A DNA stretch of 64,000 nt, taken from positions 992,001 through 1,056,000 of the forward strand of contig CAWFOU010000001.1 of assembly GCA_963817525.1 (NCBI GenBank). The letters are read 5' to 3'. Positions 55,401-64,000 of the stretch are shown here, piece after piece. The DNA is from an uncultured archaeon. GTDB taxonomy: Archaea > Thermoproteota > Nitrososphaeria > Nitrososphaerales > Gagatemarchaeaceae. The stretch's first letter is position 1, and every line of letters begins with the position of its first letter. The notes beneath the pieces are model-generated. The model made no database searches and had not been told where the DNA came from. It saw nothing but the letters and a program-made list of their open reading frames with translations. The position numbers and the translations under genes are program-made.

Positions 55401-56528
55401 TTACGAGGGCTCACCAACGCCACCTGCTGGTGATGGTGTGGCCGCGCTCGCGGCTCTCGCTCTGTTGGATGGGGTGTTGCTGAAGGCTGGAATCTTCCGC
55501 AGGGTCGCGCGGAGGCCCCTTAGACGGAAATGAATAAGTTGCTCTAGATTCTGTACGCAAAAAAATACTGAGAAAGCATTCTGGCTATGGTTCTCGCCAA
55601 CCGACGGTAACCCGGGCGTTGAATCTGGGGGAGGCGTGTTGAGCAATCTCTCAGCCTTGTCATCGGCCAGCTGCACCCTGAATTTTAGAGCCGTGCTGAT
55701 GACCCTGACCAAAATGTAGAGCCCGAAGGCTTCTGCGGTTATGTAGAAGCTGACTGGATATGGCGTATAGAAGGAAATGAAGATGCCTGACCACGTCACG
55801 GCCAGCGCAATCGCGATGGCTATCAGTATCGCGCGCTGCGGTTTCCTGGAAAGATACGCCGCCGTCGCGGCTGGAGTGACCATCAGAGAGAAGATCAGCA
55901 GCACCCCGGTCACCTGGATCGAAAAGGATACAGCGACTGCCAGTAGGATCATGAAGGCCGTGCCAAGGAAGAGCATCGGCAAGCCCTTGGCCTCAGCGAC
56001 GTCTTCGTCCAGCGATGCAAAGAGTAGCGGCCTGTAAAGAAAGGCCAGTGCGGCGAAGACCAGGATGCAGCCATAAATCGTCACGTATAGAGCGCCGGTG
56101 CTGATGGTCAAGATTTCTCCGAAGAGTATCGAGTATGCTTCGGTGATATTTGCGGTGTAGAGGCTGTTGAAGAGCAGCCCGAGAGCCAGCGCAAAAGCTA
56201 GCACGATGCCGATCTGAGTATCGCGGTTCGAGGCGCGGCGACCAAGGGCAGCTATCGCTAGTGCGGCCAAGGCGGTGCCGCCCAGGAGGCCATCGAGAGG
56301 GGGTTGGGACACGAGTACAATACCCGCAGCGCCGGCGAAGCCGATGTCAGAGAAGGCGTGCGCGACGAAGGCCGACCGCCGGAGCACGACAAAATAGCCG
56401 GTGACTCCGGCGAGAATTGCGATCAGCGTACCCGCTTCGAACGCATGCTGCATGAACTGATACTGCCACATCGCCTGCAGGTCGGTGATCGGATTGAGGT
56501 GAAAGACGAAAGATGATGCAATATTCAT
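55401..56528 (-). CDS. znuB: Zn/Mn ABC permease copy 2 (long C-terminal tail)
   Basis: AHAFSDIG, SILFG and GVLLIFSLMVTPAATA. Confidence 0.85.
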   Translation of the reverse strand: MNIASSFVFHLNPITDLQAMWQYQFMQHAFEAGTLIAILAGVTGYFVVLRRSAFVAHAFSDIGFAGAAGIVLVSQPPLDGLLGGTALAALAIAALGRRASNRDTQIGIVLAFALALGLLFNSLYTANITEAYSILFGEILTISTGALYVTIYGCILVFAALAFLYRPLLFASLDEDVAEAKGLPMLFLGTAFMILLAVAVSFSIQVTGVLLIFSLMVTPAATAAYLSRKPQRAILIAIAIALAVTWSGIFISFYTPYPVSFYITAEAFGLYILVRVISTALKFRVQLADDKAERLLNTPPPDSTPGLPSVGENHSQNAFSVFFCVQNLEQLIHFRLRGLRATLRKIPAFSNTPSNRARAASAATPSPAGGVGEPS

Positions 56529-56594
56529 ACTAAACGCCGCCACTAGCGGGATACCGGTCCTCCACACCCACAAAGAAGCATCGCGCCAATGTTT

Positions 56595-57509
56595 TCACTT
56601 CATCGACACGGCGATGGGCGCGGTGGCTGGGGTGGTACGAGAATTACGCACCCGATACTTTAACACGCCACTGGTAAACCTAACGATTAGGTAGAGCCCG
56701 AAGGCTTCTGCGGCTATGAAGAAACTCGTCGGATACGGGGTAAAGAACGAGATAAAGAGACCCGACCACGTCACGGCCAGCGCAATCGCGATGGCTATCA
56801 CTATCGCGCGCTGCGGTTTCCTGGAAAGATACGCCGCCGTCGCGGCTGGAGTGACCATCAGAGAGAAGATCAGCAGCACCCCGGTCACCTCGACCGAAAA
56901 AGCCACAGCGACCCCCACGACGACCGTGAACGCCGTGCCAAGGAAGAGCATCGGCAAGCCCTTGGCCTCAGCGACGTCTTCGTCCAGCGATGCAAAGAGT
57001 AGCGGCCTGTAAAGAAAGGCCATTACTGCGAAGACCAAGATGCAGGCCTCGAGGATCAGGTATACCTCTCCGGTGCTGATGCCCACGATGTCTCCGAAGA
57101 GTATCGAGTATGCTGTTTCCGCGTACCCGGCGTAGAGGTTGATGAAGAGCAGCCCGAGCCCCAGCGAAAAAGCCAGCACTATGCCTATCTGAGTGTCGCG
57201 GTTCGAGGCGCGGCGACCAAGGGCAGCCATCGCTAGTGCGGCCAAGACGGAGCCTCCTAAGAGGCCGTCAATCGGCGCTGCGGCCAGAACTAATGCACCC
57301 GCAGCGCCGGCGAAGCCGATTTCAGAGAAGGCGTGCGCCATGAAGGCCGACCGGCGGAGCACGACAAAATAGCCGGTGACTCCGGCGAGAATTGCGATCA
57401 CCGTACCCGCTTCGAACCCATGCTGAAAGAACTTGTATTGCCACATCGTCTGCAGGTCGACAATTGGGTTTGGGTTGATGCCGTAAAACGATAATGACTC
57501 AAGAACCAT
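56595..57509 (-). CDS. znuB: Zn/Mn ABC permease copy 1
   Basis: AHAFSEIG, SILFGDI and GVLLIFSLMVTPAATA. Confidence 0.9.
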   Translation of the reverse strand: MVLESLSFYGINPNPIVDLQTMWQYKFFQHGFEAGTVIAILAGVTGYFVVLRRSAFMAHAFSEIGFAGAAGALVLAAAPIDGLLGGSVLAALAMAALGRRASNRDTQIGIVLAFSLGLGLLFINLYAGYAETAYSILFGDIVGISTGEVYLILEACILVFAVMAFLYRPLLFASLDEDVAEAKGLPMLFLGTAFTVVVGVAVAFSVEVTGVLLIFSLMVTPAATAAYLSRKPQRAIVIAIAIALAVTWSGLFISFFTPYPTSFFIAAEAFGLYLIVRFTSGVLKYRVRNSRTTPATAPIAVSMK

Positions 57510-57510
57510 G

Positions 57511-58341
57511 CTAAACGCCGAGGCCGGTGCCGTGGTGCTCCTCCACACCTATTATAGCTACGTTTCCATGCGGATCGCGGAGCACCTCGACCTGGATCCC
57601 ATACAGCGCAGTGAGGCTCTCCGAGGTAAGAACCTGAGCCGGTGTCCCCGTTGCCACCTTCCCGTTGGCTATGTACATCACCTTGTCGAGATGAGGAAGC
57701 AGAGGATTGATGTTGTGGGCAATCAAGAGCGCGGTCACACCCCGAGTCCGGACAACATCATCGACGAGGTGGAGCAGCTCCGTCTCGCGTCTGATGTCTA
57801 GGTTCGACAGCGGCTCATCGAGAAGTAGGACGTCCGGATTGCTCACCAATGCCTCCGCGAGGAACACCCTCTGAAGTTCTCCCCCTGAGAGGACCCCAAG
57901 CGGACGATGAGCGATTTCTGTCGCGCCGACCGACTCCAGTGCTTTCGTGGCGGCGTCGCGGTCCCAGTGGGAGAAGGGGTTTACGCCCCAACGCTTTCCT
58001 GAGAGACCGAGCCGCACCAGCTCCTGGGACTCGACATTCGTGTCCGAGTCAATCGTGTGACGCTGGGGCACATACCCAATCCGGGTGTTCCCCCGTTTTG
58101 GTTCCGCTCCCAGAATCTTGAGGGTACCAGACAAAGCTGGCTGTAAGCCCAGTAGCATCCGCATCAGGGTCGTCTTCCCAGCGCCATTTGGCCCGATTAT
58201 GGCCACGAACTCGCCTCGGCCAAACGAGAAACTCGCGTCCTTCCAGACGATTTTCTCGCGGTATCCTGCCGTGACGTTTTGCCCGACTATGAGGTCCGAA
58301 GCCACGCCGACACGCTCGGTCGCGGTCTCCGTTATAGTCAT
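57511..58341 (-). CDS. znuC: Zn/Mn ABC ATPase
   Basis: GPNGAGKTT, GYVPQ, LSGGE and LLLDEP. Confidence 0.92.
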   Translation of the reverse strand: MTITETATERVGVASDLIVGQNVTAGYREKIVWKDASFSFGRGEFVAIIGPNGAGKTTLMRMLLGLQPALSGTLKILGAEPKRGNTRIGYVPQRHTIDSDTNVESQELVRLGLSGKRWGVNPFSHWDRDAATKALESVGATEIAHRPLGVLSGGELQRVFLAEALVSNPDVLLLDEPLSNLDIRRETELLHLVDDVVRTRGVTALLIAHNINPLLPHLDKVMYIANGKVATGTPAQVLTSESLTALYGIQVEVLRDPHGNVAIIGVEEHHGTGLGV

Positions 58342-58358
58342 TGTTCCAATTTCCGGGG

Positions 58359-59555
58359 TTATTGCAGGCGTGTTGCCCAGGGCCAGGCGATTGGGGCCTG
58401 GTACTGGGATGCGATGGATTCCGATTGCAAGACTGCTGTGGCTGACTGGAGGTGCGGAGGCAGGTTGCCCAGCGCTACTGAGTTGAGGCAATTTTGGAGC
58501 TGAGCCACTTCCCCTGCCTGCCATTCCTGGAATGTGAATCCCGGCGGCTGGAGGGTCTCCGACACATCCGCGATTGGGACTTCGTATTGGGTGGCGACCT
58601 GCTTTATTGTCTGCGTGACGGGCATGACCGTCTGGATGTTGTACTCCAGGCAGCCTATTCCGCCCGGATTGCTAGAGTTCCCGGCTGTGAGCTGTTGCTC
58701 GAACGTGGCAATGTCAGCGGGCGAAGGGTCGTTCCCTTCGGCGACAGCGAACATGAAGGCCACGGGCGTCAGGATGTTCAGACCGGTCGCGTTCGCAAAG
58801 AACTGGACAATGCTTTCGGTCGCTTCTATATTAGTGGGCGTGCCGTTCGGGCCTGCGTACTGCCGAAGTACCTCTTGGGTGACTGTGGAAGGTCCGCCAT
58901 ACTGCGCCCTCATTGCATCTTCTTTGCTCATGTAGGTGCTGTATAGCGACGCGTTCAAGGTGGCATAGTTGGCGGTGAAGTAGGCCTTATCTTGTGAGTC
59001 CATGCTCACAAGAGCGTTGTACATCGCGTGCACGGTGTCGTTCACGTACCAAGGACTGTACCAGAGGTGAGGGTTGACGTTGGCGTACGTTGCTGGAACG
59101 TCCTTAAGGCCCACTATGTTCTGGGCAGTCAAGACCACCTGTCCGGGCGTGGCGCTCGAGTTGACGAGTTGTGACGCCCAGGTGTCGTATTGCATCCCGT
59201 TGAGTATGACCATCTTTGCGTTCGCGATTAGCTTCGCATCAGCTGGATTCGATGCATACTGGTGAGGATCCGTGTTCGGGTCTGATACTATACTTGTGAC
59301 GTTGCCATGGACTCCTGCAAGCTGAGTGACAAGGTTTCCCCAGAAGTTCTCAGCCGCAACAATCGGAATCACTGTGTTTGAGCCCGTATTGACGGACGAA
59401 GATCCAGACCCTCCGTTCGATACCGTCGATGTGACGGTCGTAGTTGACGACGAACCTTTCGAGAGATAGAGGCCCGCGGCCACTGCGACGAGAATGAGTA
59501 TGACTACTACCGCAGCGGGCAGTATTAACTTGTTGCCACCCTTTGATGTCTCCAT
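58359..59555 (-). CDS. znuA: Zn/Mn ABC substrate-binding protein (cluster A-I)
   Basis: AAENFWG, DPHQY and NPHLWY. Start is 59555 or 59573. Confidence 0.9.
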   Translation of the reverse strand: METSKGGNKLILPAAVVVILILVAVAAGLYLSKGSSSTTTVTSTVSNGGSGSSSVNTGSNTVIPIVAAENFWGNLVTQLAGVHGNVTSIVSDPNTDPHQYASNPADAKLIANAKMVILNGMQYDTWASQLVNSSATPGQVVLTAQNIVGLKDVPATYANVNPHLWYSPWYVNDTVHAMYNALVSMDSQDKAYFTANYATLNASLYSTYMSKEDAMRAQYGGPSTVTQEVLRQYAGPNGTPTNIEATESIVQFFANATGLNILTPVAFMFAVAEGNDPSPADIATFEQQLTAGNSSNPGGIGCLEYNIQTVMPVTQTIKQVATQYEVPIADVSETLQPPGFTFQEWQAGEVAQLQNCLNSVALGNLPPHLQSATAVLQSESIASQYQAPIAWPWATRLQ

Positions 59556-60043
59556 GTCATAACCTTTGGCCATGAGCTTAATAAATATTACCACACTTTA
59601 CAGCAATATTGCCAGCATAAATATGAACAAGTTCTGGTATTGCTAATAGCATGCCCTCCTGAGTTCAATGACTGCTAGGGGTGCGATCGAGGATACGCCC
59701 TGGAGGCGGCTAACTTGTAGCGAAATATGTCATCAAGAGCATTAGCAAAATCAAGACACCGGCGAGGACGGCGCCCCAGGCCAGATATCTGTTGACGACA
59801 ACGCTCCCGTCGTGCATATGTAGGAGCGCAGCTACGGTGTTATTAAATATTTGGTCATTTATAGTATGATATTCATATCTTCCTAGATGTCACGTAATAA
59901 TCTCCCAGCAAACCGAGCTTCTTCCTGGAGAGCGCTCGCCCTGCTGGATTCCTATAGCGCACTCGTAGAAGCAGAAGAGCAGGTCACAAACTACTCACTC
60001 CGGTGAGTCGCAGGTTCAAGGGAGCCGAAGGCGCTGAGAGGTC

Positions 60044-60427
60044 TCAGATGGGGATGAGTTTCGTGCTCTTCATCTTGTCTTCGGCTTGGAAGGACTTTGT
60101 CATCGAATTGATCTTCTTGGCGTCTCCCTGCACCACAAAGAGTTCGATGCACATCGATGTCTTTGTCTTGTTGTGGACGTGAGTCGTGATGATGTCCTCG
60201 TATTGATGCTTGAGCTTCGTCACCGGCGCCTCTTGTTCTTCGTCGTGCGTGACGATGAGCAACCCGTTCATCTCTCCAACAGCCGCCTCCCTCTCCCTCG
60301 AGTCTTCGAGCATCATGCGTATGGCCGCCCGCACCAGCTCAGAACGTCCCGTGAACCCAGAGCCCTTCTGCACCTCGTCCATCTCTTTGAGCATGGTCTC
60401 CGGAAACGAAAGGCTGACTACGGTCAT
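60044..60427 (-). CDS. NikR-family ribbon-helix-helix metalloregulator
   Basis: VVSLSF..GRSELVRAAIR; ligands H-x8-HVH-x7-C. Confidence 0.88.
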   Translation of the reverse strand: MTVVSLSFPETMLKEMDEVQKGSGFTGRSELVRAAIRMMLEDSREREAAVGEMNGLLIVTHDEEQEAPVTKLKHQYEDIITTHVHNKTKTSMCIELFVVQGDAKKINSMTKSFQAEDKMKSTKLIPI

Positions 60428-60457
60428 CGAACTTCGAGCATACATGGCGAGACGCGG

Positions 60458-60486
60458 GTTATTTAACTTATGTTTTTATTAATAAC
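60458..60486. promoter_or_regulatory. Candidate NikR-type operator over its own promoter
   Basis: GTTATT-N17-AATAAC inverted repeat overlapping the TATA region. Confidence 0.4.
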
Positions 60487-60515
60487 TTCGGCGACACATC
60501 AAAACCGTCTGCCTG

Positions 60516-61121
60516 TTAGGTCTTGACTGGCTTGATCGTAAGGCTCACATCGGACCGTCCGAGGCTGGGCGCGGGTTCCTTAGCCTCATAAGGAAAAAGG
60601 CGGGAGAGAAAATCGTGTTTGAAAGGCAACATCAGAGATCGAGCTGCATTGGCCAGATCGAGGCTCCATGTGGTGGAAACCGCGAAAATCCCGGTTGGAA
60701 GCTGCTTCAGACCAGGAGCTCCCGGCAGGGAGGCTTGCTGGCGTTGCTGCTCGGTCGATATCATCCTTGGCGATGGTAGCCGGAATACCAACGCGCTCAA
60801 GAGAAGGCTCGAGACCGCGACGATTGGCAGGATGAGGGAGACCATTCTTCCGGTGCTAGTGAGCGAGACGAGGGTGGATGCGACCGGTGAGGGGAAGTAA
60901 AAGAGCTCGTACCTGTATTGAGAGCCCCAACCAGAGAGGAAGAATCCAATCGTGAAGGCGAGGTAAATAGAGCCCAGCAGAAGCGTCAGCATCGCTATCG
61001 CCAGGAATCTCCAGTTCAAACTAAGAAGATATACGCCCGGTGCCATATAAAGCTTAATAATAATATGTGCCCATATCATAACCCACTGATATGATTGGAG
61101 GAAAGCATAATACATCGACAA
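60516..61121 (-). CDS. Hypothetical membrane protein (true start probably downstream, ~61020-61046)
   Basis: Two TM segments; atypical composition. Confidence 0.4.
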   Translation of the reverse strand: MSMYYAFLQSYQWVMIWAHIIIKLYMAPGVYLLSLNWRFLAIAMLTLLLGSIYLAFTIGFFLSGWGSQYRYELFYFPSPVASTLVSLTSTGRMVSLILPIVAVSSLLLSALVFRLPSPRMISTEQQRQQASLPGAPGLKQLPTGIFAVSTTWSLDLANAARSLMLPFKHDFLSRLFPYEAKEPAPSLGRSDVSLTIKPVKT

Positions 61122-61934
61122 TCGCAGATTTCATTAAGTGGGGAACTAGAGCGAGACGGTGGGGTCGCCTTGAGTAGTCTCACGCGCGAGAAGTTTGGCG
61201 TTCACGAACTGAGCCATACCTCATCTGTCAGGGTCGCAGCTTGGGTTCGGACATGGGGTTGGCGCGGGGCGCTCTGCGCCGGCATGGGCTGTCTCGCCGT
61301 TGCTGTGTTCTATTACACGGAGTTTCTGGCGGCGCCACCCTCACAGCACATCTACGGGATCTATTACGGTCTTCGCGACAGCGGGGACCTGTTCGCGGAG
61401 TACGCGTTCGTCTCGCTGCTCGTCGCAGGGTGGATGCGCAAGTTCAGCACAAGGTTGGTGCTCGCAACTGGAGTGGCGGTGGCCCTCCTCGTGTTAAACG
61501 TCGCGTTCGCATGGACGAGCGGGGTCCTGGGCTATGTGCTTGTGCTCCTCCCAACCTGGCTACCCCAAGGGCTCCTCGTCGACTACCTGGCTATCGTTCA
61601 ATTTCCCGCCGTCCGCTCGACACTGGACTTTTACTATCTTGCGTGGCTCGGGGGGCTCTTCCTGCTCTCGATTGCCTTCTTCAAGTCGGGGTTCGCGAAG
61701 AGGCTCGTCCGTTCTCTTGAATTTGTCTTTCTTGCCTTGCTCGCCCTTCCCCTCGAGGTCTATCTTTTCGACAGGCACGAGTTCGGCCTTCACGTCCTGG
61801 ACGCGCAGGTCGGGACATCCATTCATTGGTTCACCAACGCCGACCTGCTCGCTTCCCTCGTGGTCGTGATCTCGGCTCTTGCGATAGTGGACGGCTTGGT
61901 CTTGAAGCAGGGGAAAATCCGCATCCGATTCTAA
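61095..61934 (+). CDS. Multi-pass membrane protein (DR..LH..WFTN family)
   Basis: About 6 TMs; C-terminal motif shared with the next gene; start uncertain. Confidence 0.7.
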   Translation: MEESIIHRQSQISLSGELERDGGVALSSLTREKFGVHELSHTSSVRVAAWVRTWGWRGALCAGMGCLAVAVFYYTEFLAAPPSQHIYGIYYGLRDSGDLFAEYAFVSLLVAGWMRKFSTRLVLATGVAVALLVLNVAFAWTSGVLGYVLVLLPTWLPQGLLVDYLAIVQFPAVRSTLDFYYLAWLGGLFLLSIAFFKSGFAKRLVRSLEFVFLALLALPLEVYLFDRHEFGLHVLDAQVGTSIHWFTNADLLASLVVVISALAIVDGLVLKQGKIRIRF

Positions 61935-61941
61935 AGAAGGG

Positions 61942-61955
61942 TTTGAGCGGGCCCG
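61942..61955 (+). repeat. 14-bp direct repeat of the tRNA-Lys 3' end region (att-like)
   Basis: TTTGAGCGGGCCCG is identical to 63180-63193. Confidence 0.55.
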
Positions 61956-62103
61956 AAGAGACCCGCCCCCCTGAACGGGCTCTAAAGGCGGATTCTGGCA
62001 AGACGCGCAGGTTGAAGACCTTCGAGGCAGTTGACTCGTCTATCGCGAACTGCACGACGGCAGCCCGAGAGCGGCTAAGATTCCAGACCCCCGCTTTGTC
62101 GGC

Positions 62104-63006
62104 TTGATATGCCTCGATGACTACCGAGCATGGAATCATGCCCTTGGTCCAATAAAGCCAAAATACCCACAAGGTGCCCGATTCCATCGGCGAACCCTTC
62201 TGCCAAACGGCCCACTCGAAGAGAGACCTACCGGTGGAGCTCGCCGAAATTTCGCTTCTTGGGCGAAATTTGATGTGACGAATCTCCGCGGGCTCCTGTT
62301 TTACTTCTTCGTGGTGAGCGCAATCGTCTTGGACGTCATCGCCTATACGATACCGCCAGAGATTCCAATAACGCTCGTGAAAGCGAGCCCTTTTCTCCTC
62401 TTTGCTCATCCGTTCCCCGATCCCTTCGGCGTCTACTCGCATTTGCCATCAGGTTGTTGCTGGGACCAGATCATCTACTACAACGGGTTTTGGATACCGC
62501 CGCTGAGCGTTTGGTGTGTCATACTCGCCGTGTGCACGAAGCTGTCGACAAAGTGGTCAGCGAGGCGAATGCTGGCAATTTCTGCTTTGATCTTTGAGCT
62601 TGAGATTGGCTTCTGGGTTCTAGTGGTTCAAATGGGCACGCACTTATCCAGCATCTTACCTATCGCGCCTCTCTACGTCATGGTTTTTGAGTCGCCGGCC
62701 ACATTTTTCGGCTCTCGTGAGCTCGTCTGCTTTGCATTGCTCATTTTCGTAGCCGCTTGCTCATATCTGGTGTTCAGGAAAATTCCAAGAGTGGTCCAGA
62801 CGGTGACTGCCGCTCTCATTCCTCTCCCGTTGATGGTTTGGGTATGGGACCGGCCTGACTGGACCCTGCACTTCACAACTCCCATCGTGGCCGCTTTCAT
62901 CCCTTGGTTCACCAACGAGGTCTTGTTCTACGCATGCGTCGTCGTCTTCTCGCTTGCAACTATCTACGACATGTTTTGGCCTAGACATCTCAATCATGTC
63001 AGGTAG
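62104..63006 (+). CDS. Multi-pass membrane protein (DR..LH..WFTN family), lower GC
   Basis: About 6 TMs; PLMVWVWDRPDWTLH..WFTNEVL; true start likely ~62250-62275. Confidence 0.65.
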   Translation: MICLDDYRAWNHALGPIKPKYPQGARFHRRTLLPNGPLEERPTGGARRNFASWAKFDVTNLRGLLFYFFVVSAIVLDVIAYTIPPEIPITLVKASPFLLFAHPFPDPFGVYSHLPSGCCWDQIIYYNGFWIPPLSVWCVILAVCTKLSTKWSARRMLAISALIFELEIGFWVLVVQMGTHLSSILPIAPLYVMVFESPATFFGSRELVCFALLIFVAACSYLVFRKIPRVVQTVTAALIPLPLMVWVWDRPDWTLHFTTPIVAAFIPWFTNEVLFYACVVVFSLATIYDMFWPRHLNHVR

Positions 63007-63185
63007 AAGCCGCCCTCGGCAGTCCTGTTTCCGCCCAGCGCATACCTCCGTTGATGAGGCGAGTAACATCCTAACGACCCATCACCAATGCGGGACCCAG
63101 TCTTGCGGGCGAGGTCGGGGTCATCTATTGAGGGACATCGCACACAAACGATTTAGCGAAATGAGTACTTCAAGACCAATTTGAG

Positions 63186-63299
63186 CGGGCCCGGTGGGAT
63201 TTGAATTCGTGGACGCTTTTGGCGCCTCCCACGACATGCTGGTATCTCCCAAGAGCTAGCTAAGAGCCAGCCGCTCTGACCTGGCTGAGCCACGGGCCC
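63186..63299 (-). tRNA. tRNA-Lys(CTT) with two introns (37/38: 63260-63244; 53/54: 63227-63206)
   Basis: Removing 17 and 22 nt gives a full cloverleaf: acceptor GGGCCCG/CGGGCCC, D GCTC/GAGC, anticodon GCTGG/CCAGC, T arm GTGGG-TTCAAAT-CCCAC. Confidence 0.93.
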
Positions 63300-63388
63300 G
63301 CGAACAACCCGGCCCGGACGTCGGATATTTACTTTCCACTCTACCGTCGAGTATTATTAGGGAGGCCGCGGCCCGGCACGCTGAGATC

Positions 63389-64000
63389 TTGGGGGAACTG
63401 GTCTTCGTTGGCCTCGGACTGGGAGAGAGAGGGACAAGCTTGGCTGGAGTGGACGCGATAAGGGCGTCTGACCTCGCCTACTTCGAGAGGTACACCTCTC
63501 CGCCGTCACCGACCCTAGTCGAGGGCTTGGAAGAAGCCGCGGGCAAGAAAGTGCTGATGGTGGGGAGGGAGTTCGTGGAAGACGGGCGGGAGATTCTCCA
63601 GCGGGCCGCCACTTCGAAGGTGGTCCTCGCCGTGCAGGGCGACCCGATGATAGCGACGACCCACAACGACCTGCGGGTGCGGGCTGCCACCCGCGGGATA
63701 CGCACCAGCGTCGTCCACGGCGCCGCCATCCCCGCGGCGGCGGCCAGCGAGAGCGGGCTGCACTACTACAAGTTCGGGGGGACGATCACGTTCACGCTCA
63801 AGAGCGCGACCCACCACCAGGACGTCTACCAGCGGATCCACCGCAACCTCTTGGAGGGCCTCCACAGCCTCCTCCTCCTCGAGTACGACGTGGAGGGAAA
63901 GACGGGCGTGGAGCCGGCGTTCCTGTTAGAGAGGCTTCTCGACGCGGAGAAGAACTTCAAGCGGGGCGTCCTCTCGGAAGGGACGCTCGCGGTCGTCCTC
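63389..64000 (+). CDS. dph5: Diphthine synthase (5' part, runs off the window; absent from the ORF track)
   Basis: Manual translation: LVFVGLGL, ERYTS, GREFVE, GDPMIATTH, GLHYYKFG and GLHSLLLL. Confidence 0.93.
   Translation, partial: MGELVFVGLGLGERGTSLAGVDAIRASDLAYFERYTSPPSPTLVEGLEEAAGKKVLMVGREFVEDGREILQRAATSKVVLAVQGDPMIATTHNDLRVRAATRGIRTSVVHGAAIPAAAASESGLHYYKFGGTITFTLKSATHHQDVYQRIHRNLLEGLHSLLLLEYDVEGKTGVEPAFLLERLLDAEKNFKRGVLSEGTLAVVL

Noticed and set aside
59674-59730. CTAGGGGTGC resembling a TPP riboswitch start
   Set aside because: No downstream CTGAGA or CCTGA elements, and no matching downstream gene.
61831-62442. Minus-strand ORF as a possible integrase fragment next to the att-like repeat
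   Set aside because: No recognisable tyrosine recombinase motifs, and it overlaps two better ORFs.

Overview
High-GC archaeal chromosomal DNA. Archaeal markers are TATA-box promoters, a BHB-intron tRNA, dph5 and DUF371; the gene content fits a non-ammonia-oxidising Nitrososphaerota/TACK lineage, which is an inference. 0-9 kb: sdhCDB and a sufB-sufD-Rieske-sufS-sufU operon in which both SufB and SufS carry LAGLIDADG inteins at active-site positions. 9.5-11.9 kb: a complete IS6-family element with 22-bp TIRs, an 8-bp TSD, a SWIM-finger transposase and two passenger ORFs. 12-24 kb: C2H2-finger protein, secreted phosphoesterase, a detached sufC and housekeeping genes, including a haloarchaeal-type phosphomevalonate decarboxylase and a half-DOHH-like HEAT protein. 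24.3-55.1 kb is the best candidate for an undescribed system: a cell-surface redox cluster with three membrane-anchored PQQ-type beta-propellers, a PqqC homolog lacking catalytic residues, three paralogous 4-TM proteins resembling one third of heme-copper oxidase subunit I (His replaced by Tyr), three cupredoxins with non-canonical ligands, a twin-arginine ubiquitin-like protein, a Cys-rich protein, DUF929, a SET protein and transporters. 55-64 kb: a Zn/Mn ABC locus with a duplicated permease, a NikR-like regulator, two paralogous membrane proteins, a two-intron tRNA-Lys(CTT) and the 5' part of dph5. All family assignments are from motif recognition by eye; no searches were run.
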